From assembly GCF_009914755.1 (NCBI RefSeq), contig NC_060925.1: a stretch of 64,000 nucleotides of DNA; one strand, written 5' to 3'. Positions 58,861 through 64,000 of this stretch are shown in pieces; positions within the stretch are counted from its first letter, which is position 1; each line of letters begins with the position of its first letter. The notes beneath the pieces were generated by a model, which was given only the letters and a program-made list of their open reading frames with translations, had not been told where the DNA came from and searched no databases. This DNA comes from the human T2T-CHM13v2.0 reference genome, Homo sapiens. A program made the position numbers and the translations under genes.

Positions 58861-59559
58861 TACACACTAAAATTTCTCCATCAGGATTAACAATTACCTC
58901 TGTGTAGCTAATTCCAACGGTCAATTATTGGTCCTCATGATATTTGACCTATCACTGGTAAATTATCATGTCATTGATAATTTGCTTTTTTATCCAAGAA
59001 CCTCCTTAGTCTCATGGGAAGAAGATAAACTTGAGTTAGTCGAGTAAACCTGGACAGATGTGAAGGCATAATAATAATTATTTTCTTTTTTAGTACAGGG
59101 GCTCAGTTAACTTCACTTTCATCTGATGTCCTCAGGCTGTAGAATTAATAATAGCGCTTAATTATTATGTGTAAGCATAAATCAATCACAGAAAAGGTAG
59201 GAAAACAGTCAGAAAGAACTTACCCACTATCGGAACAAAGAGAAAGTCCCAACAAACTTTCCCACATTAAGTAAGAGAAAGAAGAAAATAAATGAAATGG
59301 CTACTATACAAAAGTGAATTGGAAGGAAAAAGAAATAGGAAGCCATGGAATGAAGATGAGGAAGGTGAGGCAAAAGCAAAAGGAATATGTGCAGGAGGAA
59401 AAAGAGCTAAAAGGAAGTCTAGTATGTGGTCACTGATGAATGAGGAAGAGATGGTGGGGAAGATGAAGAGAATACAGCCTGCAAAATGATCAAATAATCT
59501 AATCTAGAAGAAAACGAGAGGAATCAAATAAGAATAATCTGAAAGTGTTCATTATAAGA

Positions 59560-60480
59560 AAGTACTTTAAAGAAAACATTATTCTGTGAGATAATTTTTT
59601 TGAAAAATAATGAGTTGTGAAAACAAAAGAATTATAAAGTGAGAGTGCAGTAGAAGGATGTCAACTGAGAACCAAAAGAAACTACAAATAATAATTAGTG
59701 GAACAGAACAGAAAAGAGAGGCTCAAAGTCTAAATTAGTGCCTTAGAGGAAAGTCTAAGAAAATCATTTTGAATTCAGGGAAAAAGTGTAAAGAAACTGA
59801 TTTTATAAGAAAGAAAAAGGAATACCTAACAAAAAAGATGCTGTACATAATAATAATTTACTCCTTAAAGTAGAGAAGAGAAAAAAAAATTATAAAAATA
59901 GAACAGAAATTTATTCATTAGACAATATAATGTTTTTCTAAAAGAAAAAATACAAATCTGCTTATTGAAATGGTATGCACTGTTTCACGAAGAAAAAAAA
60001 AGATATAGAAATACCCAGACATATGCTAGTGAAGTTACTAAACTTCAAAGATAAAGGATTCTTGAGACATTTTAGCAGAAATATCATGCTTCTAACAAAT
60101 AAAGATTAAAAATATCAGGCCAGCCTCAGACTTTCAAACTTTTTTCGTTGACACATCCAGTGCTAGAATGTGATAGAGCAGTTTACACAAAGTTCTGAGA
60201 AAAATAAAGAGCAATGCAAGAATGTTTATTATAGAAGCTGTCATTCAAATCTAAAGCCACTAGCAGACATTTTCATACATATCATAAAACCAGTGAGACT
60301 CAATGAAGGATCTAGGCACAGAGGTTAAAAAAAAAAATCTACATTATACTTATTCTATGTTTGAAAAATCCAGCCAACCAAATGCTGATTAGAAAAACCA
60401 TAGTAGAGCACTTTTACTCACTGGAAATCAGGATTTATTCTAAAACCAAAATTAAACTACTGCAGGAAGATAAATGTTAT
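59560..60480 (+). mobile_element. HAL1 / old L1 ORF1-like fragment
   Basis: ccagacatatgctagtgaagttactaaacttcaaagataaag (PRHILVKL-like) and atcaggccagcctcagacttt (IRLASDF-like). Confidence 0.65.
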
Positions 60481-60748
60481 ATATGTTGACAAATTCCAAA
60501 ATAAAAATGTAAAAGATTAGGAAAGGTGAATGGGAAAAATATATGCACTTATTTCCATATCTTTATTAATTAGATTTTCTCTATATCTGTATGAATGAGG
60601 ATTCAAACAGCATTGAATTTAGTAATTAAGAAACAATTTGTGTATGTTATTTAAAGTTATGCTAAAGGAACCAAGAGATTCTAACACATATTAGGAGATC
60701 CTAACACGTACCAGGAGATTAAGAAGGGAAAATAAATTAAGTATATTC

Positions 60749-61253
60749 TGTCAACTTTTGACTTCCCCAAACATCTGCCAGAAAAGTAGATATTGATGTT
60801 TAGCAACCAATTTTATTTATCAAACTTACTACAGATACTGCTTTGACAGAACTTAAGTAATGTCTCAGAAAAGAAAAGTCAGATTTAAGGCCTGGACTGG
60901 ATGATATAAGGTAGTCTTGCAAGGCACGGAATTATTTGGATCAGGTAAAGTTTTTGATATGAAATTTTGTATTGTTTGCTGGGTGCAGAAAGGTAAGAGT
61001 CTTGTGAGTTTGATGAGCAAGCTGCTAATTTTGATAAGAAAATTGTTTAGGTTGGTTCACAATCTTATCTTTGAAAAGTAAATATTTCCTGGAGCAAGCA
61101 TATAAGTAATTTTTGCCTAAGGCCTATATTGCCTGACACACAAAAAGAAAAGCATGTTATGTGCTAGAATTATTTAGTAGAGAAACAGTAAAGTATCTCT
61201 GGGTTAGAATTTCTGAGCAGAGAATAGAAAAATATACTGGTTTTAGTTCTCCA
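60749..61253 (-). mobile_element. Old LTR (ERV1-like, family uncertain)
   Basis: TG...CA bounds, followed by tctcctcttt (reverse-complement polypurine tract). Confidence 0.45.
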
Positions 61254-63130
61254 TCTCCTCTTTCGTTATCCTTTAGCTTAGAAAGGAGGGGAAATCATTA
61301 TCACCTGGGGATATAATCAATCCAATCTGCACTGGTTTTAATGTGTAATGGTCACATGTAGAGTTCCTGGTGGTAACTGTTCCAATATCTCTAAGTGTTA
61401 TGTTAGATTTTCTTTTACTTTTCTTTTTTCTTTTGTTTTGAGTACATTTATTAGATCATGTTATGAAATAGCAGCTATGACTGAATTAAAAAATTTGGAG
61501 ATCAAACATTTGAGCAGTGAAACAGACTAAGATATGAACAGATCTTGCAGTTTGTTTCTAATCCAGAAGCCAAGATACCGAAATAAATTAAGCAAAAAGA
61601 ATTTTGATATGAAAAATCTACTGACCCATGTACAGGGCTAAGCCTAATTATTAATTCCATAATTTTATTGTTTGTTTCACAGACCCTTTTTGCAATATTA
61701 AACATTCCAGACAAGCCTATGAGGTTTTAAGTACAACATTGTTTTCCTAAAATTGTTAATATTCTACTGTGAATGGCTTGCATTTTATGTAAAATGACTC
61801 TATTTTGAACGACCTGTTCTATTACATTAAATTCTTTCAAGCATGAAGTTCTATGGCCTTAATTACAGTGTACAATCCTCCTGCTATTTTTGTAAATCAT
61901 AGCATGTAAAACTCTTCCTATGTTTTGATCTTCTGTAATTTGTGAAATGAAGACACTTAGAGCAGAAGACAAGAGTCCTAATTTCCTCTCTGGTGGTTAA
62001 AATTTTGAATTTACACTTTAAGTTTTTATCTTCTTGAATCAAATTATACAAATACCTTAAGTTAAATTATTTGATATTTGGTGAGCCAAAATGAATCTCC
62101 ATTACAGTAGGGACTATCTCTAAAGCAGGCATCAGTTCAATAAAATTACACATTACTCCTCAATTTGTAGAAGTAGGTACAATAAATTTCCCCCCCACAA
62201 ATCTAATACCAGTGTTTAGAGGCAATTCAATTATTTATTTTTGGTACAGTTATTCCTATGAGATTTTCAAATACTGTTTCAATGTTTTGCTATCATATAT
62301 GAAGAATAGTTCAGTGTCAGTTGTCGAAATTTATACGACAGGGATCATCATGTAAATCTAACAAAAACTGCTTTTGGCTGTACCTAGTTAGTTTGACTTT
62401 ATTTTAAAGTTTAAACATTAGCCTCTGATCATGCCTCTTATGTTCCCTAACTGTTTATCAAAGTCCATTTCTCTGAAAGTTTGGTTACAAATCTAGTTCA
62501 TATAAAATGTACCCAGTTGTTTCTGTGGAGAAAGGAAACTCTCTTTTGGGGTACAATTTGATTCAGTGTTCATATTTCTGAACTATTTATTTTTTGTATC
62601 ATCTGAAAAGTCACTTAGTGGTTGAGTTCATCCATTCGGGAAACCAAGTTAATTTTACGAAGAACTTGGATCAAAGGAAGATGGGTGACATTCAAAGAAA
62701 AGTGAGTACAAACCCAATGGTAGGTTTAATTGTATATTTTAGCCAAATTATGAGCAAATTATAGCCAGACTATTTGTCTCATACTAAAGCGTTACTAATG
62801 ATGCAAAAAAGTAACATCAGGTTTATAACTCTATTAAACAATTATAGTACTTACGTAACAGGTAGTGACTGAGATTAAACAAGAATAAAGGACAGAGTAG
62901 GATTTGCCCTGATGGTGTCAAGTCAGATAATGGAGCCATGGCTCTTAGTTTGGGGAAGAGTGTTGGGAAGATGTCTGGGGCTCCATCTTAAATCCAGTCA
63001 ATTATGTCAAGGTGTGCTAGAGAGGAGTTTTCTTATAATTGGCATTTTCTGTGGTCTGGAGGTGAGCCAATACAATCTTTTATTTGCCAAACACTTTACA
63101 TGCATTATCTCTTCGGTTACTCACTACAAC

Positions 63131-63747
63131 TGTGTCAAGGGTCCCAAAGATTATACTTAGACTCAGTGATTTGCTAGAAGGACTCACAAGATTCAGATGC
63201 TGTTATACTCATGGTTATGGTTTATTATTGCGAAAGGGTACAAGTAGATTAAAATCAGCCAAGGGAAAAGTTACATGGGACAATGTGCAGAAGAAACAAA
63301 GTACAAGTTTCTAAAAGCCCTCTCCCAGTGAAGTCATACAGATGTTTCATTCTTCCATTAATGATGTGTGACTACATGATGTAATGTGTTGTCAAGTAGG
63401 GAATCCCACTTGAGCCTTGGTATCTAGAGTTTTCCTGGGGTCAGTCATGTAGGAACACACCACCTGCATGACTGACCTCAACTACTAATACTCTAACACA
63501 CCAAAGCAAAAACAGGAATTCACTATAAATTATATTAGTTTGCAAAAACTATCTAATCCATCAGGTACAAAGCGGCCCAAGACCTCATTCACACATATAA
63601 AATATCTTACCAAGCATAATATTCCAAGGACTCAGTGCTCATCTACCAGAAGCTGGCCAAGGGATATTCCTAAAGAATGTCCTTCCTTGAAAATTTGCAG
63701 AATCTGAGCAATACAGACCTGCTGAATAATTCCTTTCCTGCATAACA
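63131..63747 (-). mobile_element. MER21C/MER77-like LTR inserted in a MIR remnant
   Basis: gggtcccaaagattatacttagactcagtgatttgctagaaggactcacaagattcag start; MIR-like flanks cactttacatgcattatctc and ccttatgagatag. Confidence 0.7.
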
Positions 63748-64000
63748 GCCTTATGAGATAGTTATAGTTCTGGAGTTCAACTGTGGATTGAATTCAAGGA
63801 TTCCTGGAAATTGAATGGGAAAAAATTAATCTCATTGTCTTTAATCACTCATCTCTAATTAAAATGGTGCATTTTTTCAAATTTGAATATGTTCAAAAAT
63901 TTGATAAACTTGGCTGGGCAACACATCCTTTCAGTGTCACATGGGGGCATGTTATATAGGCAAAGGTTCTTAGTTTATATTAGGCTCCCAGGCTTCAATT

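Noticed and set aside
60670-60720. 20-bp tandem repeat (about 2.5 copies); also a 14-mer duplication near 2807-2834
   Set aside because: Ordinary slippage duplications; no spacer structure, not CRISPR-like

Overview
Repeat-rich, AT-rich primate (almost certainly human, because it carries an AluYb8) intergenic or intronic DNA. I find no host protein-coding exon, RNA gene or CpG island that I can support. All recognisable ORF-track peptides come from transposable elements: L1 ORF1/ORF2, HERV-L integrase and dUTPase, Tigger2 transposase, ERV1 pol, and Alu or simple-repeat read-through. The main elements are nine Alus, a near-full-length L1PA5-like element, shorter L1PA2/PA3/PA8 and older L1M pieces, a two-LTR MER57-type provirus with a tRNA-Leu PBS, an internally deleted HERV-L/MLT2A1, a nested ERVL/MLT2/Tigger2/MER6/Alu stack, MaLR LTRs, L2, MIR and HAL1. 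The most notable unexplained signals are: (1) an ancient ~200-320 bp non-coding unit present three times (43.1 kb +, 54.7 kb +, 55.8 kb -), each with AG...(CA)n...GT exon-like borders; (2) a perfect 25-bp fold-back copy of target DNA at an L1PA3 5' junction; (3) a young AluYb8 nested in an older Alu and carrying a 56-bp tract identical to its host. Subfamily names come from recalled consensus features, not from a RepeatMasker run, and boundaries of old repeats are approximate. I see no evidence of a new protein-based system.
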